A DNA stretch of 63,685 nucleotides from contig CANQPC010000004.1 of assembly GCA_947625625.1 (NCBI GenBank), forward strand, positions 1 through 63,685. The letters are read 5' to 3'. How positions within the stretch are numbered: position 1 is the first letter of the stretch; the number at the start of each line of letters is the position of its first letter. Source of the stretch: an uncultured Bacilli bacterium. Lineage in GTDB: Bacteria > Bacillota_I > Bacilli_A > RF39 > UBA660. The notes beneath the pieces are model-generated. The model did not search any database, had not been told where the DNA came from, and saw only the letters and a program-made list of their open reading frames with translations. The position numbers were made by a program, and so were the translations under genes. Shown one piece after another: positions 10,456-19,680 of this stretch.

Positions 10456-11799
10456 ATGAATAGAGAACTACCTAAAAATATCGAAGCTGAAAAGAGCTTA
10501 CTCGGTTCGATGTTTTGGTCTCTTGATTCTCTTCAAAAGGGATGTGAGGAAGTTACTCGAGATATGTTTTATTTGGAGAGTCATGCAAAAATATTTGATA
10601 CTATTAAGGAACTATATTTGAATGAATCTCCTGTCGATATAACTTCGGTTACTACTTATTTAGTTGGTAATGATAAAATAAAGGAAATTGGTGGAGTAGA
10701 ATATTTGAATGAAGTTGTATTTTCAGTTGCTACTGGGGCCAATATTGAATATTATATAAATTTAGTTTCAGAAAAATATACTTTGAGGAAAATGATCGAG
10801 GTGGCTACGGGAATTGTTACTAATGCTAGTAAAGCAGATGTCGATACTGCCGAAGCTCTTTCTGAAGCAGAAAAAAATATTCTCGATATATCGAAATTTA
10901 GAAGAACAAGTGAATTTAGAAAAATTCAAGATGTTTTAACTAAAGCTCAGAGTGATTTGGAATTTTTATCTAAAAATGGTGGTAAATTAAAGGGACTTAC
11001 AACTGGTTTTGGAGAACTTGACTCTCTTACGGAAGGTCTTCATCCTACACAACTTATTATAATTGCCGCTAGACCTGCTGTTGGTAAAACGGCATTTGCA
11101 CTTAATCTTGGACTTGCTGCTGCAAAGAGTAGTAAAAAGAATATTGCTATATTTTCCCTCGAAATGCCAGCCGAGCAACTTATTATGAGAATGATTAGTT
11201 CGATCGGACAAATTGACAATAAGAAATTATCGACAGGAAAACTTGAAAATGATGATTGGCGAAGATTTAATGAGGCTATTAGTATTTTGGCAGATACGAA
11301 TATTTATTTTCATGATGCTGGAGGGGTTACTCCTTCGGAAATTAAAGCTAAATGTCGAAAACTTTCAACTCAGGGAGAGGGATTGGGATTAGTTATTATC
11401 GATTATTTGCAGCTCATTGATTCTTCTCTTAGATATTCTGGTTCGAGACAACAAGAGGTTTCGGAAATATCGAGGGCTCTTAAGACGATGGCATTAGAAC
11501 TTGAAGTTCCTGTCGTTGCCTTATCACAGTTATCGAGAAATGTCGAGAAAAGAGAAGATAAAAAACCAGTATTGAGTGATTTGAGAGAATCTGGATCAAT
11601 AGAGCAGGACGCTGATATTGTTGCGGCACTTCATGCTCCTGATGTGGATGTTCCTCCTTCTGATGAGGTTCCTACACCAATTCAGCTTATTATATTGAAG
11701 CATAGAAATGGTCCTACTAAAACGATAGACTTATTGTTTAAGAAAAAGACTTCAACTTTCTTGTCAATAAAAAGGGATGGTGGTAATAGTGGTAAATAG
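10456..11799 (+). CDS. dnaB: replicative DNA helicase
   Basis: LPKNIEAEKSLLGSM N-terminus, Walker A ARPAVGKTAFALN, RecA-like motifs IIDYLQL and LSQLSR. Confidence 0.95.
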   Translation: MNRELPKNIEAEKSLLGSMFWSLDSLQKGCEEVTRDMFYLESHAKIFDTIKELYLNESPVDITSVTTYLVGNDKIKEIGGVEYLNEVVFSVATGANIEYYINLVSEKYTLRKMIEVATGIVTNASKADVDTAEALSEAEKNILDISKFRRTSEFRKIQDVLTKAQSDLEFLSKNGGKLKGLTTGFGELDSLTEGLHPTQLIIIAARPAVGKTAFALNLGLAAAKSSKKNIAIFSLEMPAEQLIMRMISSIGQIDNKKLSTGKLENDDWRRFNEAISILADTNIYFHDAGGVTPSEIKAKCRKLSTQGEGLGLVIIDYLQLIDSSLRYSGSRQQEVSEISRALKTMALELEVPVVALSQLSRNVEKREDKKPVLSDLRESGSIEQDADIVAALHAPDVDVPPSDEVPTPIQLIILKHRNGPTKTIDLLFKKKTSTFLSIKRDGGNSGK

Positions 11800-13297
11800 G
11801 AAATGGACTTTTGGATTAGTAATTTTAGTAGTAGTATTATCATTTTCAATTTGTTTGTTTGGCTTTATGAATAGATTAAATAGTGATCCTACTATTTCAT
11901 ATACTGTCTATTTGGATGGTAAGCTCATAGGGGTAATTGATTCAAAAGCTGATTTTGAAGATTATATAAATTCTAAAGAGGATGAGCTTAAGAAAAAGTA
12001 CAATGTCGATACTGTATATAATCCTCGAGGAGTTGAAATTAAGAAAAATATTACTTATAATCCTACGATAAGTAGTAATGAGGAAATCTATAATAAAATT
12101 ATAAGTAATAAAAAGTTTACTGTTCAAGGATATCAAATTACGATAGTATCTAAAGATGATGAGGAAGAAAAAAAGAATATAATATATGTTTTATCGAAAG
12201 ATATTTTTGATGCCGCGGTCGAAAATACTATAAGGGCATTTGTCGATAATGATTTATATGATAAATATATGTCAGGAGTACAAGAAGAGGTAACTGATAG
12301 CGGTAGTATGATTGAAAATATTGATTTAGGAGAAACTATTACCTATAAGGAGACTCTTATTTCGACTGATGAAAAGATTTTTACTGATGTTGATGAGCTT
12401 AGTAAATATTTATTATATGGTACTCTCGATAAACAAGAGACTTATACGGTTAAGAATAATGATACTATTGAATCTATTGCTAATGAGCATAAATTAAATG
12501 TTCAAGAATTTTTGATTGCTAATCCTGAATTTACTAGTTCAAATAACTTATTATATGAATCACAGCAGGTTGTAGTCGGACTTATTAAGCCTATATTGTC
12601 AGTAGTTGTCGATATTCATAGTGTTGGAGATGAGGCAAGGGAATTTGATACGGAAATTCAATATGATGAAGACCAGTATGTCGGTTATCAAGAAGTTATT
12701 AGAGAAGGGGAAAATGGATTATATAAAGTTACTAGAAAATCACAATATGTTAACGGACAATTGGTTTCTGGTACGATAGCTAACTCTTCAGAAATTAAAC
12801 CTCCTGTTAATAGAATTGTCGTTAAAGGTGATAAGTATGCTCCTAGTGTTGCTGATTTATCTTATTGGGCTTGGCCTACTGATAGACCTTATACGATTAC
12901 ATCACCATATGCTTATCGTTGGGGATCATTTCATTCAGCAATAGATATATATGTTGGCTATGGTTCTCCTGTATATGCCTCTAATAACGGTATTGTTGAA
13001 AGAATAGGAACGGGTTGTGTTCCTGGCTATACTAAATGTAATGGAAGTCAGGGTAACTTTGTGCTAATTAATCATAATGCTGGCGGCTATTATACGATTT
13101 ATATGCATATGAGAGATGTCAATGTTACGGTAGGGCAGACAGTCGCACGTGGACAAAAGATCGGTACAATGGGTAATACTGGTGATGTTGATCCGGTACC
13201 TAGTGCTTCTAATCCTTATGCGGGAACACATTTGCATTTTGGAGTGTATGTTGGCTCGGCTTATGGATCTACGATTAATCCTCTAAATTTGTTTTAA
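11777..13297 (+). CDS. secreted/membrane-anchored peptidoglycan M23 metalloendopeptidase with LysM and G5-like domains
   Basis: N-terminal TM segment, LysM (YTVKNNDTIESIANEHKLNVQEF), G5-like (EVIREGENGLYKV...VVKG), M23 motifs HSAIDI and HLHFGV. The start overlaps the dnaB end and its exact position is uncertain. Confidence 0.8.
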   Translation: MVVIVVNRKWTFGLVILVVVLSFSICLFGFMNRLNSDPTISYTVYLDGKLIGVIDSKADFEDYINSKEDELKKKYNVDTVYNPRGVEIKKNITYNPTISSNEEIYNKIISNKKFTVQGYQITIVSKDDEEEKKNIIYVLSKDIFDAAVENTIRAFVDNDLYDKYMSGVQEEVTDSGSMIENIDLGETITYKETLISTDEKIFTDVDELSKYLLYGTLDKQETYTVKNNDTIESIANEHKLNVQEFLIANPEFTSSNNLLYESQQVVVGLIKPILSVVVDIHSVGDEAREFDTEIQYDEDQYVGYQEVIREGENGLYKVTRKSQYVNGQLVSGTIANSSEIKPPVNRIVVKGDKYAPSVADLSYWAWPTDRPYTITSPYAYRWGSFHSAIDIYVGYGSPVYASNNGIVERIGTGCVPGYTKCNGSQGNFVLINHNAGGYYTIYMHMRDVNVTVGQTVARGQKIGTMGNTGDVDPVPSASNPYAGTHLHFGVYVGSAYGSTINPLNLF

Positions 13298-14052
13298 TGA
13301 AAGTTAGAGTTTTATCTTCTGGTAGTAAAGGTAATACTACTTATGTGGAAACTGATAATACAAAACTTCTTATTGATATTGGAAATACTTGCAAATATGT
13401 AAAAGAAAGGTTAGAGGAAATGAATGTTAATCCAGCTAATATTGATGGAATATTAATTACACATTTGCATATAGATCACATTAAGGGATTAAAAGTTTTT
13501 TGTAAGAAATATAATGTTAAGGTATACTTAACTGATATTATGAAAAAAGACCTTGATTATATTGATAATTATTCATTTATTTCAGATGATTTTGAAATAA
13601 ATGATATTCATGTTACTGCTATTAAAACTTCTCATGATACTGAAGATTCGAGGGGGTATATACTATCTAATGAAAATAAATCAATGGTGTATATTACCGA
13701 TACTGGGTATATTAATAAGAAGTATTTTGAAGTTTTAAAAAATAGAAATTTATATGTTATGGAATCTAATCATGATGTGGAAATGCTTACTAATGGTAGC
13801 TATCCTTTTCAGACTAGGCAGAGGATTCTTTCAGATAAGGGGCATCTTTCTAATTATGATTCTTCTAAGTATTTGAGTTCATTTATAGGAGACAATACTA
13901 AATATATAATGCTAGCTCACTTATCTCAAGAAAATAATACTGAAGAAATTGCTTACGAGACACTTATTAATAGATTAAATCTAGATAATAAACATGTTGA
14001 TAATATTATCATTGCTAGACAAGATGAAGAAACGGAATTGGTAACATTATGA
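13297..14052 (+). CDS. MBL-fold metallo-hydrolase (YycJ/WalJ-like)
   Basis: HLHIDH (HxHxDH) motif; position before rlmH as in Bacilli. Confidence 0.8.
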   Translation: MKVRVLSSGSKGNTTYVETDNTKLLIDIGNTCKYVKERLEEMNVNPANIDGILITHLHIDHIKGLKVFCKKYNVKVYLTDIMKKDLDYIDNYSFISDDFEINDIHVTAIKTSHDTEDSRGYILSNENKSMVYITDTGYINKKYFEVLKNRNLYVMESNHDVEMLTNGSYPFQTRQRILSDKGHLSNYDSSKYLSSFIGDNTKYIMLAHLSQENNTEEIAYETLINRLNLDNKHVDNIIIARQDEETELVTL

Positions 14053-14483
14053 TTAGAATAATATGTGTTGGAAAAATAAAAGAGGACTATATAAAAAGTG
14101 GAATCTTGGATTATGTTAAGAGAATAAATAAGTATCACAAGTTAGAAGTAGTTGAACTTATGGATAGTAATATTAATGAAGAGAGAGACAGAATATTTCG
14201 ATATATAAATAAAAAAGACTATAATATATCTTTAGATATTGAAGGAAATGAGCTTACATCTTTAGAATTTGCTAAGAAAATAGAAAATACTTTTATTAGT
14301 TATGCTAATATTAATTTTATAATAGGTGGTTCTGATGGACTACATTCTGATATTAAAAGTTTATGTAATTATAGTCTTTCTTTTTCGAAATTTACTTTTC
14401 CACATCAACTTTTTCGAATGATATTATTAGAGCAAATTTATAGGGCTTTTAAAATAATTAATAATGAAACATATCATAAGTAG
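14049..14483 (+). CDS. rlmH: 23S rRNA (pseudouridine1915-N3)-methyltransferase RlmH
   Basis: SPOUT fold pattern MIRIICVGKIK..., IIGGSDGL, and C-terminal LEQIYRAFKI. Confidence 0.88.
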   Translation: MIRIICVGKIKEDYIKSGILDYVKRINKYHKLEVVELMDSNINEERDRIFRYINKKDYNISLDIEGNELTSLEFAKKIENTFISYANINFIIGGSDGLHSDIKSLCNYSLSFSKFTFPHQLFRMILLEQIYRAFKIINNETYHK

Positions 14484-14557
14484 AATCTTTTTAGTTCTTT
14501 TTTTCTGTATTGAAAAATGTTTAGTATTGTGTTAAAATTTATTACGGAGGTAATTTT

Positions 14558-14974
14558 ATGTATTGTAGCAATTGTGGTAATAAAATTGATGAAAAGGCAT
14601 ATGCATGCGTTCATTGTGGAGTTATTGTTAATAAAAATAATGGATCAACAGAAAAAGTTAATAGAGTAAAAAAGAAGAATAATAATGAAATGCTTACAGG
14701 AATTTTGAGTATTATTTTTGGTTCTATTTCTCTATGTTTTTGTTTATATGGCTTTGTTTTTGGAGATATAAGTGATGTAGGAATGTTTGTAGATGCTTTT
14801 GATAGAATATTGTTTTCTTTGAAATATAATTTTGTACAATTATTCTTTGCGACGTTTTCATTTGTTTTATCACTTGTAAATATTAAGAAAAAATTTAATA
14901 GAATAGGATTATATTTGACATTGGCAGCTTTCTTTTTGATTATAACAGAATTTGTTGTCATTCTTATATATTGA
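14558..14974 (+). CDS. zinc-ribbon membrane protein
   Basis: MYCSNCGNKIDEKAYACVHCG followed by 3 TM segments. Confidence 0.6.
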   Translation: MYCSNCGNKIDEKAYACVHCGVIVNKNNGSTEKVNRVKKKNNNEMLTGILSIIFGSISLCFCLYGFVFGDISDVGMFVDAFDRILFSLKYNFVQLFFATFSFVLSLVNIKKKFNRIGLYLTLAAFFLIITEFVVILIY

Positions 14975-14975
14975 T

Positions 14976-15770
14976 ATGTTTAAATTTGAATATAAAAAGA
15001 GTCTAGGGCAAAATTTTTTAAAAGATAATAATGTTATAGATAAAATAGTTAATGCTACAGTATATGAAAAAAATAATTTAGTTATAGAAATTGGTCCTGG
15101 AAGTGGTGCACTTACTAAAGAATTATTAAAAAAGGTCGATTATGCTATTCTTTATGAAATAGATAGTAGACTTAAAAAGGTGTTAGAGAAGGAATTAGCA
15201 ATCTATAATAATTATGAGCTTATTATAGGAGATTTTTTAGAGGCTTCTGTTAATGATGATATTGCAAAATATGATTATGATAATTTGTATATTGTTGCTA
15301 ATCTTCCTTATTATGTTACAACACCTATAATAAGTAAAATTATTAAAGATGATATTAAAGCTAAGGAAATAACTTTAATGATTCAAAAAGAAGTTGCCGA
15401 TAGAATTTCTGCTAAAGCGGGAAGTAAAGAGTATGGGCAACTTACAGTTATGCTTAATTATTATTTTGATATTGAAAAGAAATTTAACGTCAGTAAAAAT
15501 TCTTTTATTCCAGTACCTAAGGTTGATTCTGCTGTTATAAAAATGACTAGGAAGGAAAACTTGCTAGAATTGAAAGATAAACAGTATTTTGAAAATTTGG
15601 TTAGAGATAGTTTTAGATTTAAGAGAAAAACGATAAAGAATAATTTAAGTAATTATGATTTAGATAAGATTCAGAGTGTGCTTTTAAGAAATAACTTTAA
15701 TCTTGATACTAGAAGTGAATGTATACCATATAATGTATTTGTAGAATTATGTAATGAGTTAGTTAAATAA
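14976..15770 (+). CDS. rsmA: 16S rRNA (adenine1518/1519-N6)-dimethyltransferase
   Basis: KKSLGQNFL, EIGPGSGALT, NLPYYVTTPI motifs. ATG 14976 sits just after the upstream stop and is preferred to 14952. Confidence 0.93.
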   Translation: MFKFEYKKSLGQNFLKDNNVIDKIVNATVYEKNNLVIEIGPGSGALTKELLKKVDYAILYEIDSRLKKVLEKELAIYNNYELIIGDFLEASVNDDIAKYDYDNLYIVANLPYYVTTPIISKIIKDDIKAKEITLMIQKEVADRISAKAGSKEYGQLTVMLNYYFDIEKKFNVSKNSFIPVPKVDSAVIKMTRKENLLELKDKQYFENLVRDSFRFKRKTIKNNLSNYDLDKIQSVLLRNNFNLDTRSECIPYNVFVELCNELVK

Positions 15771-15778
15771 CTCTTTTT

Positions 15779-17665
15779 TTATCTATGTTTAGCTTTTTCA
15801 GGGCTAATTTCAGGGCTAACCATACTTAATGATGTTACGTTGGAAAAATTATTGTTATTATTGTTTGTGTTAGCTAATCTTTGATTTTTGAGATCTTGAA
15901 TAAAAGTTAGCATATTTTTTCTTATATCTTTTTTTCTTTGCAAAATTAATGCCATTAAATTGTGGTAATCTTTATTAAATTCTTTACTTATTTCGGTGCA
16001 ATATCTATGAAAGATTCTTTGATAAGCTTCATCACTATATTGCTCGACTTTTTCGATATTTTGAATTAGTTTATTAAAGTTTATATCAATGTCTCCTTTA
16101 ATATATCTTTTGAATATGGTATTATAAATTGTTTCTTTTTCTCCATATTCGGAATTTGGATTACAGTTGATGTCTAAGAAATTATAATTGGAATCTAAAT
16201 GTTTTAATGCTTGTTCTTTATCAATTCCTCTAATATTTCCGTAACTATCTGTAATAAAATTATTACCATGACTATCAAAATTACACAATAAATAGTCCAC
16301 TATAAATTCATTCATAAATTGTTCTATTTCTTTTTCTTTAAATATATAGTTTTCGTCATCTTGTGCTAGATAATAGTTTATACTTTGATTAGATTCGGTA
16401 ATTTTTTCTTGTATTGATCCACACATGGTATCATTTTCAATATAGTAACATGGAACTGCTCCTCGGCTATTAAAAAGTGATTGGACTTTTGAAGCACATT
16501 CTTGAACGATACCTCGAAATTTTTCTTGTTCGTAAGTATACTTTTTTTCGGCTGGTTTATATAGAAATGTTGATCCATATAGTTTGGTTTCGTACATTCT
16601 GCCAGTTCCGCCATAATTTACTTGAACGATGTTATCACTGTTTAATTTTGGTTCATCTTCTGATAAAATATCTATTTCATCGCCATTTTGAAATCCTTTT
16701 GCTTTAGCTTTTATATCTAAATAGGTAAAGAAGTCAATCATATTAATAATACCTACATTATTTTTGGAAATATTAGTTGTAGTAGTAACTAAATCTCCAG
16801 CGTTGTCACTATATTCTCCTCCGCTACTGAAAGTGGCACGACCTTCTAAAAAAAGCGAGTTGTAATTTATAAAATTACTTAGATCTTGTTCTTTTTCTCG
16901 AGAGGCCGTAGAATTTGTAGCCTTTATACTATAATTTTCTCCTTTAGCGTTAAATAGGGTAATGATGGGCTCTTGAGAGCAGAGTTTTTCAATAATATCA
17001 TTACATGATTCTTTTAATTTTTCATCTTTTTCAAGGCCGTTATTAATTATTTTATTTGTAATTAATCTTTTATAGTAGCTTTTTTTTCCTTCTCCTACTT
17101 TATATGGTAAAAAGTTAGGAAAGTCTTGACTTAATATTCCCATAAATAGTCTTTCAGGAGCTAATTTCATACTATAATTTACTACTAGGCTTCCTGGTGT
17201 TGTAAAGAAAAGGTAATTTTGGTTATTTGATGGTGATGATTGGTGGAGATAGTAATTACTATTTCCTAGCTTTTTTTCGACGTATTCTAATTCTTCAGAT
17301 AGTTTTTTATCAAAATTTTGATTGGCTAATCCTTCTTTTTCAATGTTCTTTTTGGCATAACCATTGGAAGAATTGGCTAGAATTATGTTTTCTAAATATT
17401 TGTCATAGTTGAAGTTATTGTAGTCATAAGATGTAATTATTTTTTCTACTTCATCATAAGTGTAATTAGTTTTTTTGTCATCACTTATTATGTAATATTT
17501 AATTATTTCTGATATTTTAATTGATAATTCTTCTGAATTTGTGGAATTTTCAATTAGTTTGTAAAAAAAGTTTTTATTATTAAGAAGTCTATTTATTCTT
17601 TTAGAAATTGTTTTAGCATCCCTATAATTTTTATGAAATAAAGTATTTAAAATCATGAATATCAC
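15779..17665 (-). CDS. large hypothetical protein with C-terminal atypical (PI3/4-kinase-like) kinase signature
   Basis: FLYKPAEKK...QECAS...DYLLCNFDSHGNNF...IRGIDKEQA resembles Lys/Glu, DxHxxN catalytic loop and a metal-binding Asp. N-terminal ~330 aa unrecognised; poly-Asn tract near the C-terminus. Confidence 0.45.
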   Translation of the reverse strand: MIFMILNTLFHKNYRDAKTISKRINRLLNNKNFFYKLIENSTNSEELSIKISEIIKYYIISDDKKTNYTYDEVEKIITSYDYNNFNYDKYLENIILANSSNGYAKKNIEKEGLANQNFDKKLSEELEYVEKKLGNSNYYLHQSSPSNNQNYLFFTTPGSLVVNYSMKLAPERLFMGILSQDFPNFLPYKVGEGKKSYYKRLITNKIINNGLEKDEKLKESCNDIIEKLCSQEPIITLFNAKGENYSIKATNSTASREKEQDLSNFINYNSLFLEGRATFSSGGEYSDNAGDLVTTTTNISKNNVGIINMIDFFTYLDIKAKAKGFQNGDEIDILSEDEPKLNSDNIVQVNYGGTGRMYETKLYGSTFLYKPAEKKYTYEQEKFRGIVQECASKVQSLFNSRGAVPCYYIENDTMCGSIQEKITESNQSINYYLAQDDENYIFKEKEIEQFMNEFIVDYLLCNFDSHGNNFITDSYGNIRGIDKEQALKHLDSNYNFLDINCNPNSEYGEKETIYNTIFKRYIKGDIDINFNKLIQNIEKVEQYSDEAYQRIFHRYCTEISKEFNKDYHNLMALILQRKKDIRKNMLTFIQDLKNQRLANTNNNNNNFSNVTSLSMVSPEISPEKAKHR

Positions 17666-17782
17666 CTTTATTTAATTATACTATGTGTGTTTTAAAAAGT
17701 AAATTAGCCTTTATGATAAAAAAATATAATATTTGATGAGATATTTTTTGAATTTTAGCATATTATTTTATGGGTGAATAGT

Positions 17783-18039
17783 ATGTTTCAGGTAGGTGAT
17801 TTGGTTACAAGAAAGTCTTATGATAATGACCTCGTTTTTAAGATTATTAGAATTGATGGAGATAATTATTATTTAAAGGGACTTGTGGTTAGATTATTTG
17901 CGGATAGTCCAAAAGATGATCTTAAAATGTATACTGATGATGAGAATGATGATTTTTTACCAGAAATTGATGGATATCGGAATTTAGAACGTAATGAATA
18001 TTTTTATTTACCAGGAAGAATACTTCATATTGATGGAGA
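17783..18039 (+). CDS. yabG: yabG 5' segment (sporulation-specific protease YabG, N-terminal ~86 aa), interrupted by a mobile element
   Basis: MFQVGDLVTRKSY...RLFADS...YFYLPGRILHIDGD is colinear with B. subtilis YabG MKFQIGDMVARKSY...RLIADS...HYFHMPGKVLHLDGD. The frame then runs 7 element-encoded codons to a stop at 18064. Confidence 0.85.
18032..18039. repeat. 8-bp core GATGGAGA at the left junction (attL) of the yabG-intervening element
   Basis: Identical octamer at 28753-28760; both begin on a codon boundary of the yabG frame. Confidence 0.8.
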
Positions 18040-18487
18040 CATAACCTTAAGTAAACAAAAATAATTCGAGCATAAACCCTTATAATTAAAGGAAAAGAGT
18101 AGAAAAATGATAAATACTTATTTTAATAAAAATGATGAAAAAATTAAAAAATCAGAAAAAAATTGGAAAAATTCTTGATATTAATTTAGTGGGTGATATC
18201 TCTTAAGTAACTTAATTTTACATAGGAATTGGTTAGATAATCAATTCTTTTTTTGTGACATAAAAAATGGTGGAAAGTGATAAAATAGTTCACTTTATTA
18301 CAGCTAAATGATTAAAACAAAATTTAATATTTACGATAAAATATTTAATAGAAGAATAAATTAATAAAACTGAAAAAGTATTAGATGCATCAATTATTAT
18401 TAAATACTTTACTACTTTAGTACATAACTCATATTCTTATTAATGAAAATGTTAACATATAAATTTAAAATGACTATGTGTTTAAAA

Positions 18488-19657
18488 TTATTTTTTATCA
18501 ATAACTATTAAAGGAATTGTCATTTCATCTTTTGATAACCCAGAATGATTACCTTTTGTAGCACCATAATAAGTAGTAATATCTTTTGAATTTATAAACT
18601 GATAATTTTTTCTACATAAACTTATATATTCGCCTAAACTATCTAATAATATCGAACTATCTATATTAGGGCCAAATACTTCATTTTCAATAAAATCAGA
18701 AGTTTTAAATAATAACATTTTTCCTTCATAATCAGAATTAAACTTTCTTACAAAATCTTCTTCTTTTCCTTTTTTAATGTAATAAGTAACCATTCCAAAA
18801 TCAATTCCTGGAAGTGCATAAAAGTAATCATTGTAATCTTCAAAATTCATAACTATATCTTTAGAAACATTTGTCTGGCCATGATCGGCAGTTACTAGTA
18901 CTAAAACATCATTTTTTAATAGTTTGGTTATTTGTAATTCAATTTCTTTTATTTTATCTTTAACTATTTTACTATCATAACCATTATCATGTTCTAATTC
19001 ATCTATATCTGGTATGTATAAATATGTAAAAGTTTCTTGGTTTAATGAGCAAATATCAACGATTTTAGTAAAAGCATCATCTAAATTATTATATGGTTTT
19101 CGAATTTCTTTGTCAGCAGTATAATTAGAAAAAACACTATCATAAATACTACTAGGAAACAAAACGGTAGTATGCACATTTAAAGTATTCAATTTTGATT
19201 TAAAATTAAATATATCTTCGACTTTTATTCCAAGTTCGTTTAAAGGGGTATTAGTTTCTCTTTTGGAGAAAAGAAGCGGATAATAATTTAACTTATGTTT
19301 TCGATCATAACTGTACCAACCAATTATTCCATGTTCAGATGGGTACGTAGCGGTTGCTAAAGTTGTAAGGACACAACCTGTCGAGCTTGGACTTACGGTT
19401 AATAAATCCATAATTTTATTTTTTTTTAAAATTGAGTCTTCTAAAATGTCAATTAAATTACTACCCATTCCATCAATTAACAAAAATACAGTATGCTTTT
19501 TTTTAGGTATAATGTTTTTTAACATTTGAATATTACTATTTTCTTGTACCTTAACACTATACCTACTATATAGCATTTTAACTAAATCTACTATGTTAGG
19601 TTCGTTATAATTTGGAATAATCATTTCTTCGTTATCCATAATTTTTTTTAAATTCAT
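18488..19657 (-). CDS. alkaline-phosphatase superfamily phosphodiesterase / nucleotide pyrophosphatase (NPP-like)
   Basis: Metal/nucleophile motifs LLIDGMGSN, SPSSTGCVLTTLATATYPSEHGI, IPDIDELEHDNG, VTADHGQ. Confidence 0.7.
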   Translation of the reverse strand: MNLKKIMDNEEMIIPNYNEPNIVDLVKMLYSRYSVKVQENSNIQMLKNIIPKKKHTVFLLIDGMGSNLIDILEDSILKKNKIMDLLTVSPSSTGCVLTTLATATYPSEHGIIGWYSYDRKHKLNYYPLLFSKRETNTPLNELGIKVEDIFNFKSKLNTLNVHTTVLFPSSIYDSVFSNYTADKEIRKPYNNLDDAFTKIVDICSLNQETFTYLYIPDIDELEHDNGYDSKIVKDKIKEIELQITKLLKNDVLVLVTADHGQTNVSKDIVMNFEDYNDYFYALPGIDFGMVTYYIKKGKEEDFVRKFNSDYEGKMLLFKTSDFIENEVFGPNIDSSILLDSLGEYISLCRKNYQFINSKDITTYYGATKGNHSGLSKDEMTIPLIVIDKK

Positions 19658-19680
19658 ATTTTTTGTTCTTCCTTTAATTT

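Noticed and set aside
15800-15880. Poly-Asn tract (NTNNNNNNF) in the kinase-like protein as a functional repeat
   Set aside because: Short Asn/Lys runs are a compositional by-product of extreme AT richness, so it is not treated as a feature.
18065-18487. Small ORF (MINTYFNKNDEKIKKSEKNWKNS, ~18107) and gaattg/caattc hairpin in the left non-coding arm of the yabG element
   Set aside because: The ORF is tiny and Lys/Asn-rich. The hairpin has only a 6-bp AT-rich stem with a 10-nt loop. Neither rises above background for this composition.
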